DNA of 64,000 nt from Podarcis muralis (GCF_964188315.1 NC_135657.1:52762001-52826000); one strand, 5' to 3'. Positions 35,960 to 59,880 are shown, counted from the stretch's first letter. Translations and numbers: made by a program. Notes: a model not told the origin generated them from the sequence alone.

Positions 35960-38900
35960 ATGGCGTTCGACGGGCCTTTGGCGGTTTTCGGAGAGCGGGG
36001 CACCGGCGAGCATGTCCGCACGCAGAACGGTAAAAAAGAAAAACGAAAGAAGGAATTGTCATTAATTTCCTCGGGGCCTTCCGAAACCCTCTCAGGAGGC
36101 TAACGGTGTCTTCGCCTCCGCTAGGGCTGCTGGGGCGGGCGCGCGTGTGAGGCGGAACCGGCTTCCCTGCGCTTAACGGGCGCGCAGAGAACGGGCGGCC
36201 TTTGGCCAAGGCGGCGAACATTGAGCTGCCCCACGGGCATCCCTTTCCTGAGCCTCTAGCGAGGGGGAGAGATCTGTCGGGAGGATCAAACTGAGAGCCA
36301 CTTGGTCAAGTCCTTTTTCCTGTCGCCTCGGGTCTCGCGTTCGTGAAATCATTCGCTTTTTCCATGTGCGATGGAGCCGCTCCTTTTCCGTCAGCCTCCG
36401 CGAGAATTGGCGGCTCAGTGACAGGGGGGGGGGCGCAGTTTGCTTCCTTATATGGCAGGGCTCGCTTTCGAAGCTTGTCTCTTTGGTTAACCACATTGCT
36501 AAGCCCGATTTGGATGCATTGAGGATTTATGAGAAACCATGCCATGATATCGGCAGCCCACTCCTATTCTGGGTAGGAAATGTAACCGATTGAAAAAATA
36601 GATTTCAGGAATTTCAAAGCAGAACCACAAAAAGAATAATTATTGATGCTAATTTGTAATTGAAACATTAAATTGGGATGTAATTTTCAATTTCACATGG
36701 CTCCATGGGTTAAATGTTCTGTCAGAGTGTAATGCACACAAGAGAATCTTAACTTGTGATCAGTTGACCTAATTCCATTAGTTCAAATAATGTCATTTAA
36801 AATCCGTACTAGTCTTATCTTGCACAATAACATTGAAACCACATTTTCTTTTAAGAAGTGCTATAATCATAAACTGAATAGGTTATTATTTTAAAAATCA
36901 CTGGTGACTATAGATTTAGGCTAGTGAATATAGATTTGTTTTAAGCTAAAAGTTACCTGTGTTTTTCTCATTTTACATGGAATCCCAAGTAATGGTAGAT
37001 GATATAACAAGTAGAGGGGAACTTAAAAATCCTGATCAGCATTGTTTTTCCCCTTCCCCATTGAGATCTTGCATAGATATGTTTATGTTGGCATTTGGTT
37101 TATCTGTGGTGAGAGGTTGCATTTTAATTTTTCATACAAGTTCTATTGCTTTTAAAAACATGTTTGAGCCTTATTGTGCATATTTATAACATTATAAACT
37201 GCATTTAATCTATTGAATTAAAATATATAGCTATTCCCCCAAGCTCAGGTACAAGTTTATTTAGAATCTGTCCTCGGAAAGGAGTTGGACCCTTCCCATT
37301 CTACTGCCACTTATTTGCATTACCAAATAAGAGGTTATGCTTATGGGATAAAGAAAAGCCTGCCATAGTCTAAAGGAGAAGAATGAACACTGTCTTCCTC
37401 CTATATTAAATGGCAGAACATAATACAGTATTGCAAAGACAGTGAATGTACTTCATTGCTTTTGGACTGGTTCAGGTGTGCACATGAGGCTGAGAACATT
37501 TAGACACACTGTGCATGGAACTGTTATAATTGATCTGTGCTTACACTAGAAAATGCCTATTACAAACTCTGCTTGTGTGGTCCATTCCTTGTGAAAAACT
37601 GGATGGATTGTGTGAACAGAGCCTACTTGTGGAGGCTCTGATTCATCTTAGAGGTTCTCTGCAAAACACTTGTTCCCCCATTCAAACTATGTACAAATAA
37701 CATTGAGATACAGTATTACTATAGTTAAATACTAAACAAAATGGTAAGTTTGGTTTTCTTAACCAGAATTAACTACTTTTCTAAAAGTGTATATATGGCT
37801 GCATCTGTAACACGTAACCTATTGTTTTAAGAAAAACACTTGGTGCTATTTGAGAGGAAAATGTATCTGTTTTTCTGAACAGTTATGGCTGCTGCTTCCA
37901 TTGCCAATATTGTGAAGAGTTCTCTTGGCCCAGTTGGTTTGGATAAAATGTTGGTGGATGACATTGGTGTAAGTAGACACTATTTTCTATGAGTACATTT
38001 TAAGAGAAAAGTGCACTGTGCAACCAAGATATGTCTTTCAGTAAGTCTGTAAAATTATCCTGAATTAATGTGTTTCAGTGTTCAAAATTCGCCAGGCGCA
38101 TTTTGTTCCTGGCTATTGGCTACTTAAGACCAAGTAAAGATGGTTGAGCACCAGGATAATATTAATAATAAATAATATTATTATTATCTGGAGGTGCATG
38201 TCTGGGGATCATTGCATCTGGACCGTTTTCACACATTTATTACCCTATTCTGTAGAATTCTATCAGTTATATTTTATCTGCACAATCAGAATTAATTTCA
38301 GGAACCAAAGTGCTTTTTCTGTGCAGCTTGAGCAGGAGCAGTGAACAACATCATGGTTAATTGTTGTAGCTTGTCTTCACTTCCCCCACCCCACTGCCCT
38401 GCTCTCAGTTGTGAAGAATATTCTTACGTTATGAATGGTCATTACTGTACTCAAATAATTTCCATAACTTGTTGGTCACAAGGGTTTGGCTTAAAACAGA
38501 ATTGGGTAAATATACATGTTAATTCAGTTATCCATTCTCAGCAGCCTTGTAAAATATGGGCAAAATGTCCCTTTAATGGGCACTTAATTAAGACTTGTGG
38601 GACTTTGGCTCATCGTAGTAAGAGTAAAAAGCAACCAGTCTCCATCCTCACTTTGAAGCTGAAAGGGGTGGGTGGTGATTTTCCCAACAGCTTTATAGTT
38701 ATCCCTGTCCTCTTCTCAGCTCCAACACTGAAAGGAAAGCTGGAGGTTATTTGGTAGCTGTATGACCAGAGTGTGCAGGACCAAACCAGTAAGCTCACCA
38801 CCTGTTCCTTCTCTGAAGCAGAAAAATGAGGTGTGGTCTTGCTTGGTTGCTGCTTGGTAAAACCTGCAGCAAAAAACAGACTGCTTAGTGCTGATACTGT

Positions 38901-41900
38901 ATGTTGAGGGTCAGCCAAAGGTGACGTGCTCCCAGCCCGTCCTTACCTCAGGAAAACCGGATTTGGGGGGGGGGGGGCTTCCTTGGCTGATGTTGGGCAG
39001 AGGAACTTGGCGGCCACATTTTCTGACAGCTAGAAATGTTAGTCCAAAACTAGGGACCCCTGAGCAAGTCCCTAGCGACCCTTAAGCAGTTCTTTATGAT
39101 TATTTGCATGTTTCCTATTACTGTATATTTCATAATTATGTTTAATGTTAAGTAACAATCATTTATTTATTTATTTATTCATTTGTGTGTCTGGAATATT
39201 AGGATGTGACCATTACTAATGATGGTGCAACTATTCTGAAATTGCTGGAGGTAGAGCATCCTGCGGCAAAAGTTCTGTGTGAACTGGCAGAGCTACAAGA
39301 CAAAGAAGTTGGAGATGGGACCACCTCTGTGGTATGTGTATGTTTGTAGATTCATGTGCACTGGAAAAAGGCTGGGAGCACAATACTGTTCTGTGCTGTC
39401 CCACTCAGGTCTGCTTTGAAATCTAAGCATATATATGATTTATTTTAGATACATAATAAATTAACCTGCTGTATTGATGTTTTAAAAATACTGCAACCGC
39501 TTACTGTTAGGCTTGCTATGTCTATTTATTCCTTAGCCTATTTTATAAAAGCCCGTTTCACATAAAGGATTATTCATTTATTGTTGAAACGAAGTATGCT
39601 CAATCAACCTGTCAAGCCGAAATACCATAATTAACACAGACTTGATAAACAGTTTAAAAATTACATACTTCAGCTTAATGTGTTTGAATTAGAACTATAA
39701 TAATTTATTATTTATACCCTGCCCATCTGGCTGGGTTTCCCCAGCCACTCTAGGCGGCTCCCAACAGAAAATGAAAAACATGCTAAAACAGGAGTAGGCA
39801 ACATAAGGCCTGGGGGCCGGATGCGGCCCAATCGCCTTCTCAATCCGGTCCACGGATGGTCCGGGAATCAGTGTGTTTTTACATGAGTATAATCTGTGCT
39901 TTTATTTAAAATGCATCTCTGGGTTATTTGTGGGGCATAGGAATTCGTTCATTTTTTATTTTTCAAAATATAGTCCAGCCCACCACATGGTCTGAGGGAT
40001 GGTGAACCAGCCCGAGGCTGGAAAAGGTTACTGACCCCTGTGCTAAAACATCAAACATTAAAAACTTCCCTAAACAGGGTTGCCTTGAGATGTCTTCTAA
40101 AAGTCAGATAGTTGTTTATTGCCTTGACATCTGATGGGAGGGCGTTCCACAGGGCAGGTGCCACTACTGAGAAGGCCCTCTGCCTGCTTCCCTGTAATTT
40201 CACTTTTTGCAGGGAGGGAACTACCAGAAGGCCCTTGGAGCTGGACGTCAGTGTCCGGGCTGAACGATGGGGGTGGAGACGCTCCTATAAAAGATCTTGG
40301 GCTGTATCTAATGTTGCACTAGCAAGGTTCCACTGGTACAGCAGCACTTAGGTTTCCTTTCTTCCTCCCCTCTTGCGCCTCTGGAATCTACTCTGGAAGG
40401 TCCTCCAATCCTCTAGAGTTGATTTTGAGGACACACGGCAGGCTAAAGGGATACGAGAGGAAGAGGAAGACCAGTTGTGCACACAGACATCCCTAGTGCC
40501 AAAGGAGCTGCAGCATTAGATATGGCCCTTTCTCCCATAAATTATCTTTAAACAGGTTGTGCTCTTGAACCCACTTACAAGGCTACTTGTGTTTACTGTT
40601 ACAACTGGAGGGAAAGTCTTCCCATTTGACTACCACTTATTTGCATTGCAAAATAAGTGGCTATGCTTATGGGATAAATAAATGACTGCCAAAGGTCTGA
40701 AGGAGAATATTGACAATGTATTCATCCTATATGAAATGGCAGTACATACTCTTAATTAATTATTTTGGGCATGCTTATAGTTTGGATTCAAATAAAATAC
40801 ACCTGTTACACTTTACTGTCAGAAGTATTATTCTTTCTTGCAAGTTCATGTAAGGGAGTGGTACAATTAAAAGATGGAGTAGCTTGAGGCAGAAGAATAA
40901 AGTTTTTGGGGCTGCATTGGCTATTCTGAATGACAGACTGGCATCAGTACAGCATAGGGATGAGCATACTCTCTTCTGTACTCTGAAAGATGTTTATTCG
41001 TTTTTTCTTCATCCTCGTGCACACAGTTATTTACACAAAGAACTCAGTAACTTCTCACATTGACATGAGAACAAACCTTAGTTTTTATCTGCCTGCTTTG
41101 GCAGTAGCCAGAAGTAACCACCTACGAGGAAAGAAAATGGGGCCATCATTTCCCCATCTCCCAGCAAGCAAAAGTAGCAACTTCCTTTTTGGAAGATTTG
41201 CCTGGAAAAGCACTGCAGTTGTTAAAGTCTGCCCCAGCAACAGAACCAACAAATACAATTCATAGAATCATAGAGTTGGAATAGACCACAAGGGCCATCG
41301 AGTCCAACCCCCTGCCAAGCAGGAAACAATTCTTAGACCATATTTGGATTCCATTTCTGTAGCCAGGCCAGTCTCTTTAAATGCCTTTGGGACAACCCAT
41401 GTTCCACTTCTAACTTCATTATTACTGATAGGGTATTAGAACTGTGTCAGAATCAGAGAGGAAGCAAATGAATAATGATGCTGTTGTGCATTAAGAGCCT
41501 TTTGTTTCTTCACCCAGTTTCTGGTCCTGCTTGCCACAAGACAACAGGCATATACTGAGCTATGTTTATCCTTGCATCATAATCTACAGGCTTTTTCTTC
41601 TTCTTCTCTACCATGTCACTTCTACCTAGCCAGGGCTGGTTGGGGGTCAGGTTTTTGGACACATACATGTGGTTCTTAAGGAGCAGACATCTGTTAAGAT
41701 ATGTCTCCCTTACACAGACACTAGCTATTCTCAAGTGCTTATCTTTTGAAAAGGAAGAGGAAGACACTGCAGCCATGGACTTGGGGTGAGAACTCAGCTC
41801 CCAGGCTATGAGAGGAAGCGGGCCCCATACAGCAAAAGCTTATGCTGTTTGTAATGGTAGACAGGATAAGCTAGGGCAACTGTGCCAGGCCAGCGCCAAA

Positions 41901-44900
41901 TCCTCTTAAGCTATGGAATCTTGGAAAAAGTAGAAAGGATGTGAAATTTAATTTAATGGTCCCTCCAGGGCCAGCAAGAAGTGTGACCTGCAAATGATAC
42001 CTTCTATCTGCTATAAGAGAATGAACTTATCACATTAAGACCATCATTCTTTTTTCATTAAGCTTATGCTTTGACTATGCTGTAATTTTTTCACAGAATA
42101 GCTTGCATATTGTTAAATCATGTCTCTGTTATTTCTAACAGGTGATCATTGCTGCAGAACTTTTGAAAAATGCAGATGAGTTGGTTAAACAGAAAATTCA
42201 TCCCACTTCTGTCATTAGCGGATATCGTCTCGCTTGCAAGTAAGAAAACTGTTCAGTGGTGAAATCTACTGCTGAGCAATTTCAACCTTCCCTGTTAAAG
42301 TTTTATTGAATCTTAAGATTTTTAGTTTAGGGCAGCGTGTTATTGTGCCTCAGTGACAGCACATTTAACGGTCCCAGCCATCACAAGAAAGGTGGATGGC
42401 AAGTAGGGAAAAGAGCACTGGTGTTATGCTACATGTGGAATGTCCTTCGTAGGGAGGCTCCGCTGGCTCTCACTTTGCTATCCTTTTGACGCCAGGCAAA
42501 GACTTATGTAGGGTTTTTAACATACTGACAGGCCATATATGCAATTTATGCTGAAGGTAAGGAGAGATACATTGGCAGAACAGCTGCCATAGGCTTTATG
42601 TGTCAGCATTTGCTAACCTGATGCTTTCCAGATGTATTGGACTAAGTCCCATCTGTGTGTGTGTGCGCGCCCGCGCATGTGCTGTCTAGGTGTACCCAGG
42701 GCTGATTCAAATGTCCTCTTCATTTCACAAGCCTGCAGGACCACATTTTTGTCTTTAACCACTGTCGGAGCAGCAAGTATGGTAGAGGTTGTTGCACCTG
42801 CAGAAGGAGATTTGAGATGATCAGCCTCCTCCTGCAGGTGTAGGAGATCCATTCTGTCCATGACCCTCGCACACCCTCTAAGCCACCATAGGATGGCAGT
42901 CTTAAGTTGCTGTGATTAAACTCATCGATCCAGGTTGTGTTTTATTCTTTGCTGGGGTCAGCTTGGTTGTTTTATATATTGCATAGTATTTTAAAACTTT
43001 CATAAGCTATCCTTGGAATGATGGCTGGCCATTGAAGGAAATAACTCATTTTCAGCCTTTATTCCATTTTCAAAGAGATGAAATTACTGTTAATTTCTGT
43101 AAGTAGTCAAAGCATTGAGAGCATTAAAATTAAATCATAACTACCTTGTAAAAGTTGTGCTTTTATTCAACAGGGAGGCAGTTCGATACATCAATGAGAA
43201 CCTTGTTATTAACTCAGATGAGCTGGGCAGGGACTGCCTTATTAATGCAGCTAAAACATCAATGTCCTCCAAAATCATTGGAATGTATCCTTTCAGTTCG
43301 TGGAAGCAAAGTATTGAGTGCTACCTTGAAGAGAAAAATAGCAATTTTTCTTATATATGTAGTGGGGGGGGTATAAATGCATGGTCTAATCCTGATATCA
43401 TTGGCATTCCTTTAAGAATGTCTTTCCAGAGAACTTGCATCTGTATAATGACATTAGTCTTAGCTACTATGAAACCCTCTTGGATATTTATAATGTCTTT
43501 TTAATGTGAGATGTGCAGTAAATTTAATAGATGCTCAACTGCTCCTATTCTCCTTAACAGTTCTCTTATAGTGACAGTGACTTCTTTGCCAACATGGTAG
43601 TGGATGCTGCACTTGCAGTAAAATACACAGATTCAAAAGGGCAAGCACACTATCCCATCAACTCCATTAACGTTTTGAAGGCACATGGTCGCAGTCAGAA
43701 AGAGAGCATTCTTGTAAATGGCTATGCGTTGAACTGTGTTGTGGGCTCCCAAAGTAAGGTCACATTCTTATCAACAAAGCAATAGAGTTTTGTGTTAGTA
43801 GCAAAGACACACATGCACTTTCTTTTTCTGAGGAATCCTAAAGTATTAGTAGATGGCATAAAATATAGTTAACACTTCTGTTTAACATGAAAGTATGATA
43901 CTAAATAAACTGTAGGAGACATTTGGTCCTCTTCTGTCTCGGGCTGCAATTCTGCACCCTCATACCTGGTAGTAAGCCCTCTGAATTTAGTGGGACTTAA
44001 TTTTTAGTAGATGTCTAAAGATTTGTGGTATAAAAGTGTATCAACCAATAATGCATGATTTGAATGGATGGACACTGATTTAGCCTAGAGGGTTTATGAA
44101 CAGAGTGGGGTTCAGGAAAATGAGTCTTTGGTGAATAACTTTGCTGCAAGAATTACTAATAGCACATTTTAAAGAATATTCCTAACTTGATTTTTAAAAA
44201 TAATTTTGAAATATTGTATTTTAATAAACAACGTAGGATGTGTGATATGTTTTTTCTCCTTTTTAAAGGTATGCCCAAGAGAATAGTAAATGCAAAGATT
44301 GCATGTCTTGACTTCAGCTTACAGAAGACTAAAATGAAGCTTGGTGTTCAGGTCGTAGTCACAGATCCTGAAAAACTGGACCAGATTAGGCAGAGGTATG
44401 CTGTGGGGCGATACTTGGAACTAAAATGATAGTGTTTATATATAGGTTTCAGGCTTGTCTTAGATAGTGAAACATGTTTAAAAAGAACCAGGGGCAAACA
44501 TGGAATCTTAAGAATTTTGAAGCAGTGTGTTCCAAACTATCACTATTCTTGCAAAGAATCAGCTCAATTCAAGTTGATTATAAAAGCAGCAGCAGATTTC
44601 TCTTAATTAAGTGTTGGTGTGTGAATCTAAGCTCATGGCTAATTTGAAATCAATTAAATCAGTTTACCTTCCCACAAGTTTGCTTCCTTATCTACCTGAA
44701 TAAGGAGCTCCATAATCTTTGTAATTGTGTGCCATAGCTGAAAACAGTAGAGCTGCCGTCTCCAACCTAGTGCCTTCAACTTTTATTATCTGACCAGTGC
44801 TCATGCACGGACATTTTAGTGCCCGTAATACCCTGGCGGGCACCTTACAAAGAAAGGCTGCAGTAGGGCTACATCTGATGTAGCTCCATCTTTTTGTGGG

Positions 44901-45312
44901 GTCTAGCAACCTTTGCATCATAGAATGGTAGAGTTGGAAAGGACTACAACGGTCATCTAGTCCAACCCCCTGCAATGTAGGAATATTTTTGTCCCATATG
45001 GGGCTTAAACCCATAACCCTGAGAGCATGGGACTCTTAGCTTTACTAACTCAGCTATCTCACAGGCTTATGTAAGACAGAGTTGTTCCGCCTGTCCTTTG
45101 GCTTGGAGCCAATTTGATTCCCTCCCTCCCTCTCTTTTTCTTTTCCTTCTCCTCCTGCAATGAGGCTACATTTTAATATTTTAATGTTCCATTATTTTAA
45201 TGTTGTATTTCATTTTTGTTTTTAAGTTGTAATCATTCTTCTTGTTTTTATTATTGCTTGTAAGCCGCTCTGAGCCCGGCCTTGGCTGGGGAGGGCGGGG
45301 TATAAATAAAAA

Positions 45313-45369
<57 letters not shown>

Positions 45370-47837
45370 TCTATTGCTAGACAGCTGGGTTTGGATGGAA
45401 AAGTTGTATACTTTATTAATTTACCAGTCTCTGATAGTGCTGATGCATGCTCTGGTAACCTTCAAATGAGACAATTGTATAGTATGTAGAGCTGTCTTTG
45501 AAGATGGTTTGGAAACTACAGTTAATCTGAGATATATCTGCAAAGATTTTATATGGGACCGGGCATTATGATCACATGTCAATTGCACAGGCATCCAACT
45601 CATTTCAAAATGCTACTTTTGATCTTTAAAGATCTTTAGCAGAGGCCCTGTATGCGTGTCTGGAAAGCATTTTATATGAAATGGATATTAATATAATTGG
45701 GAAGATAGATCACACATTAAATCACAGCTAGTTTTATGGAGCATTTTATCTTTTCGACCACTAATTTCATATTTGAGTTTGTTTCTGTTTAACTAATGCA
45801 TGCTTACTCTCTCATGCAGAGAGGCTGACATCACTAAAGAGAAAATTCATAAGATCTTGGCCACAGGCGCAAATGTCGTTTTGACTACTGGTGGAATTGA
45901 TGATATGTGTCTGAAATACTTTGCGGATGCTGGTGCCATGGGAGTACGCAGAGTTCTAAAAAGAGATCTTAAACGCATTGCTAAGGCTTCTGGAGGTAAC
46001 TACAGATATCTCAGCGTTAAATCTTAATACCACAGCTTGCTAGTCTTGTTAGTGAAGTTAAATATATAGAAACACGTTGCTTACTGTCGCTTGTTGGACC
46101 TTAAAAACCTAAATATGTGTGAGGTTGTTTGGCATAATGAAAGTGGCTTTTGTGAAGCATACTAAAGGCCTTGCTTGTGTTGTTTTTTATAAGCCACTCT
46201 GTGTTCAACCCTGGCAAATCTGGAAGGTGAAGAAACTTTTGAGCCATCAATGTTGGGACAAGCAGAAGAAGTGGTTCAAGAAAGAATTTGTGATGATGAA
46301 TTAATCTTAATCAAGAAGTAAGAATTATTCTCTTGCATAAAATATTGGCACCAGCATATTTTGCTGCATCTTTTGAAATTTCCTGTTTGATAGTTGCCAT
46401 GATGCCTTTTAAATTGTGTGAGCAGTTATATGTGTGGGATAGATTATTTTCAGTCCTCTGTAATTAGTCTGAGACCATGAAGTTTCTTGATAAACCTGGA
46501 CACAATTCAGTTGTTGTTAACTACATAATGAAAAATGAGTAACTCAAAAATATAGCTAAATAGGGTTGGTTAGATTAGCTATTAATTTTTTTTGATAAGT
46601 AACTCAGGAATAAGGACCTTTCACTTTGTCTTTCTGAAACAGTACTAAGGCACGGACTACAGCCGCCATTATATTACGAGGGGCAAATGACTTCATGTGT
46701 GATGAAATGGAGCGATCCTTGCATGATGCTCTTTGTGTTGTCAAAAGAGTATTAGAGTCAAAGTCTGTGGTTCCAGGAGGTGGTGCAGTTGAAGCAGCAC
46801 TTTCTATTTACCTAGAAAATTATGCAACCAGCATGGTAAGTTTCTAGTTAATAAATGTTTGGAAACACTTCTGCCTGTGAACTTTGTTTTATTGTAGCTT
46901 TGGAGTTCTTTTTTCAGTTGAGAGCAGCCATAATTCACTTAATAATTGTTGAAAGATGCATTGGGAATTTTTAAATGTAAGATTGATTTTAAAAATGGAT
47001 AGGTTTATTCTGAATACCTATATGGGATCACTTCAACTAACTTTCAGCACAATAGACTATTTATTGCTAATAAGGCATTGTTCTTTTGCATTACAGTTCT
47101 GAAATGCTAATATATAATTCTTTTTTAATTAGGGATCACGTGAACAGCTTGCTATTGCAGAATTTGCAAGATCGCTTCTGGTTATTCCAAACACTTTAGC
47201 AGTCAATGCTGCTCAAGATGCTATAGATCTTGTTGCAAAACTCAGGGCATTTCACAATGAAGCTCAAGTGAATCCAGAACGCAAAAACTTGAAATGGTAA
47301 GTGTCAGTGCAATTGTTTGTCACAAGCCCAATGACATACAGCTACCATATATAGTTAATTCTAGTCTTAATATGCCAACACTCAATACAAATCTTTAAAA
47401 AATGACTTAAGCCCTGTGTAACGGCAGCTTTGCCAAGGTAGCTTTTTCTGGTGGTGTACTTCGTTCAGGTAGAAGGTTGACAAAAATGGGTAAAAGTTTG
47501 AGGAAGAGCACAGGAGCTAAATGTTGACTTGCCCTCGCTATATCAAAAATGTTACAAAATTGGGATTAAAAGTTAGCTCTTCATTTGGGAATATTAAACC
47601 AATTAACTTTGTTTTTAAAGGATTGGTCTTGATTTAATCAATGGAAAGCCACGTGACAACAAGCAGGCTGGTGTATTTGAGCCTACTGTGGTTAAAACAA
47701 AGAGTCTGAAGTTTGCAACAGAAGCTGCAATTACTATTCTTCGAATCGATGATGTTATTAAGCTGCACCCTGAAAGTAAAGGTGATAAAGGCGGATGCTA
47801 TGAAGATGCAGTTCATTCTGGAGCAATTGAAGACTAA
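35960..47837 (+). CDS. TCP1: T-complex protein 1 subunit alpha (CCT1), 12 exons, 558 aa
   Basis: Exons 35960-36029, 37883-37968, 39203-39331, 42142-42239, 43174-43284, 43572-43753, 44269-44395, 45820-45995, 46194-46317, 46643-46835, 47133-47296, 47621-47837 (1677 nt, in frame). Motifs [37 protein letters not shown] and [19 protein letters not shown] at 47983-47988. Confidence 0.98.
37292..37423 (+). ncRNA. SNORA29: H/ACA snoRNA, SNORA29-like, copy 1 (TCP1 intron 1)
   Basis: Hairpin cttcccat...atggga, an ANANNA hinge (aaagaa), a second hairpin ctgcca...tggcag, then ACA + 3 nt (37418-37420). Shares the blocks ccac, tatgcttatgggata, tgcca..gtct and tcct..aaatggc with SNORA29 as I recall it. SNORA29 is a known TCP1-hosted snoRNA. 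Confidence 0.75.
39703..40287 (-). mobile_element. L2 LINE 3' fragment, same family, split by a hAT MITE
   Basis: Colinear with 19702-20113 once 39789-40048 is removed. Confidence 0.8.
39789..40040. mobile_element. hAT (Charlie-like) MITE nested in an L2 fragment
   Basis: cagg..ggcaac / gttactgacccctg termini, with perfect TSD TGCTAAAA at 39781-39788 and 40041-40048. Confidence 0.85.
40618..40749 (+). ncRNA. SNORA29: H/ACA snoRNA, SNORA29-like, copy 2 (TCP1 intron 3)
   Basis: cttcccatttgactaccacttattt...aaataagtggctatgcttatgggataaata...ctgccaaaggtctgaagg...catcctatatgaaatggcagtACAtac. Two hairpins, H box and ACA box. Colinear with the copy at 37292, and closer than it to the human SNORA29 text as recalled (catttgactaccac, agtggctatgcttatgggata). 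Confidence 0.85.
43285..43571 (+). other. U12-type (minor spliceosome) GT-AG intron, TCP1 intron 5
   Basis: 5' site GTATCCTTT at 43285, branch sequence TCCTTAAC at 43551-43558 about 13 nt before the AG (43570-43571), and no long polypyrimidine tract. Splicing here preserves the frame ([11 protein letters not shown]). Confidence 0.9.
45068..45368 (+). mobile_element. L2 3' end with long (TTA)n tail
   Basis: aagacagagttgttccgcctgtcctttgg...gtaagccgctctgagcccggccttggctggggagggcggggtataaataaa(tta)n. Same family as 9500 and, reversed, about 53030-53170. Confidence 0.75.
46378..46507 (+). ncRNA. SNORA20: H/ACA snoRNA, SNORA20-like (TCP1 intron 9)
   Basis: Block gagcagttata-tgtg-tgggata matches the SNORA20 5' hairpin as recalled. 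H box agatta, 3' hairpin gtcc..ctgtaatt..ggac, ACA near 46500-46504. SNORA20 is a known TCP1 intronic snoRNA. Ends are approximate. Confidence 0.7.
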
Positions 47838-47844
47838 ATGCATT

Positions 47845-47850
47845 TTTATT
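47845..47850 (-). terminator. Candidate distal ACAT2 polyadenylation signal (AATAAA on minus) inside the TCP1 3'UTR
   Basis: TTTATT at 47845-47850 is the first canonical AATAAA I found on minus downstream of the ACAT2 stop. A proximal ATTAAA variant sits at 48392-48397. Confidence 0.4.
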
Positions 47851-47982
47851 CCAACTGTTCCTGTAAAAGTCTTTGTAGTCTTGTATGTACAAGTGTGTTA
47901 ATGAAGCTGTTGCACTTCTGCTTAATTACTTAAAATTAAAAAATGGCTGTGTCCTCATATTTGTTCTGATATTTAAGCACAC

Positions 47983-47988
47983 AATAAA
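47983..47988 (+). terminator. TCP1 polyadenylation signal
   Basis: AATAAA about 145 nt after the TCP1 stop. Confidence 0.7.
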
Positions 47989-48439
47989 ATGCAAGGTGGC
48001 TAAGAGCTTTTGAGGGCTTAAACTGAAGTCACTATACAATGCTTTTGGTTCTCTACACCAAGGAATGCTGTGCAGTCATGCCTAATGCTAAAGTAGCAGT
48101 ACCCAAGGTTTTTGCTCTGTGCTGGGGTGGGGCAAGCAACAGCTTAACTTTTCCTGAAGTCAAGAGACTGATTGTGTCCACTAAGGTGCTCTCTGCGGCA
48201 GCCAGCAGAGGGATTGGCCATTTTAAGCCATATTTATCCTGTGACTATATGGATCTCAGTATATATGACTTGTTTATATACAACACAGTACTAGTAATTT
48301 AAAGTTGGTACAGCATTTGCAGTGATGGAACTGAGATAGTGACGTGGTCACAGTAATTGAAGGAAGAGGCGGCAGTTAAGACAGTTTCAGTTTTAATTGG
48401 AAGCCATGCAACAAATACAGAATTACCGAAACACTTCCC

Positions 48440-59634
<11,195 letters not shown>

Positions 59635-59880
59635 GCCTCCTCCAGGTCCTGCTTCGGCGGCTGGTCCTGCTGCACCTTACGCCTGGCCCTTAAGCCTCCT
59701 CGCGCCGCCCAAAAATCCCACGCGCGTTCTCATTGGCTGCGCGGGGCTACTCCCACCCCCTCAAGCGCCTCCGTCACGGAGGGCTCGGCTGAGAGTGCCG
59801 TCACGTGACAGGCGGGAGGAGGGAGGTTGCGTTTTCGCTTCCAGAGAGGCTTTGAAGGTGACGCCGTCTCCGTGCTGAAA
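59635..59880 (-). promoter_or_regulatory. ACAT2 CpG-rich promoter
   Basis: GC-rich, with ATTGG (CCAAT on minus) at 59732-59736, palindromic GTCACGTGAC at 59800-59809 and GC boxes. Confidence 0.6.

Noticed and set aside
43115-43504. 129-aa ORF extending TCP1 exon 5
   Set aside because: It is exon 5 plus in-frame intron read-through. The real boundaries are set by the acceptor at 43173 and the U12 donor at 43285.
43751-44274. Ser instead of the Gly I recall in human TCP1 (SQ-S-MPKR) at the exon 6/7 junction
   Set aside because: A single substitution at a position I recall as variable (Ala in yeast). Frame and splice sites are normal.
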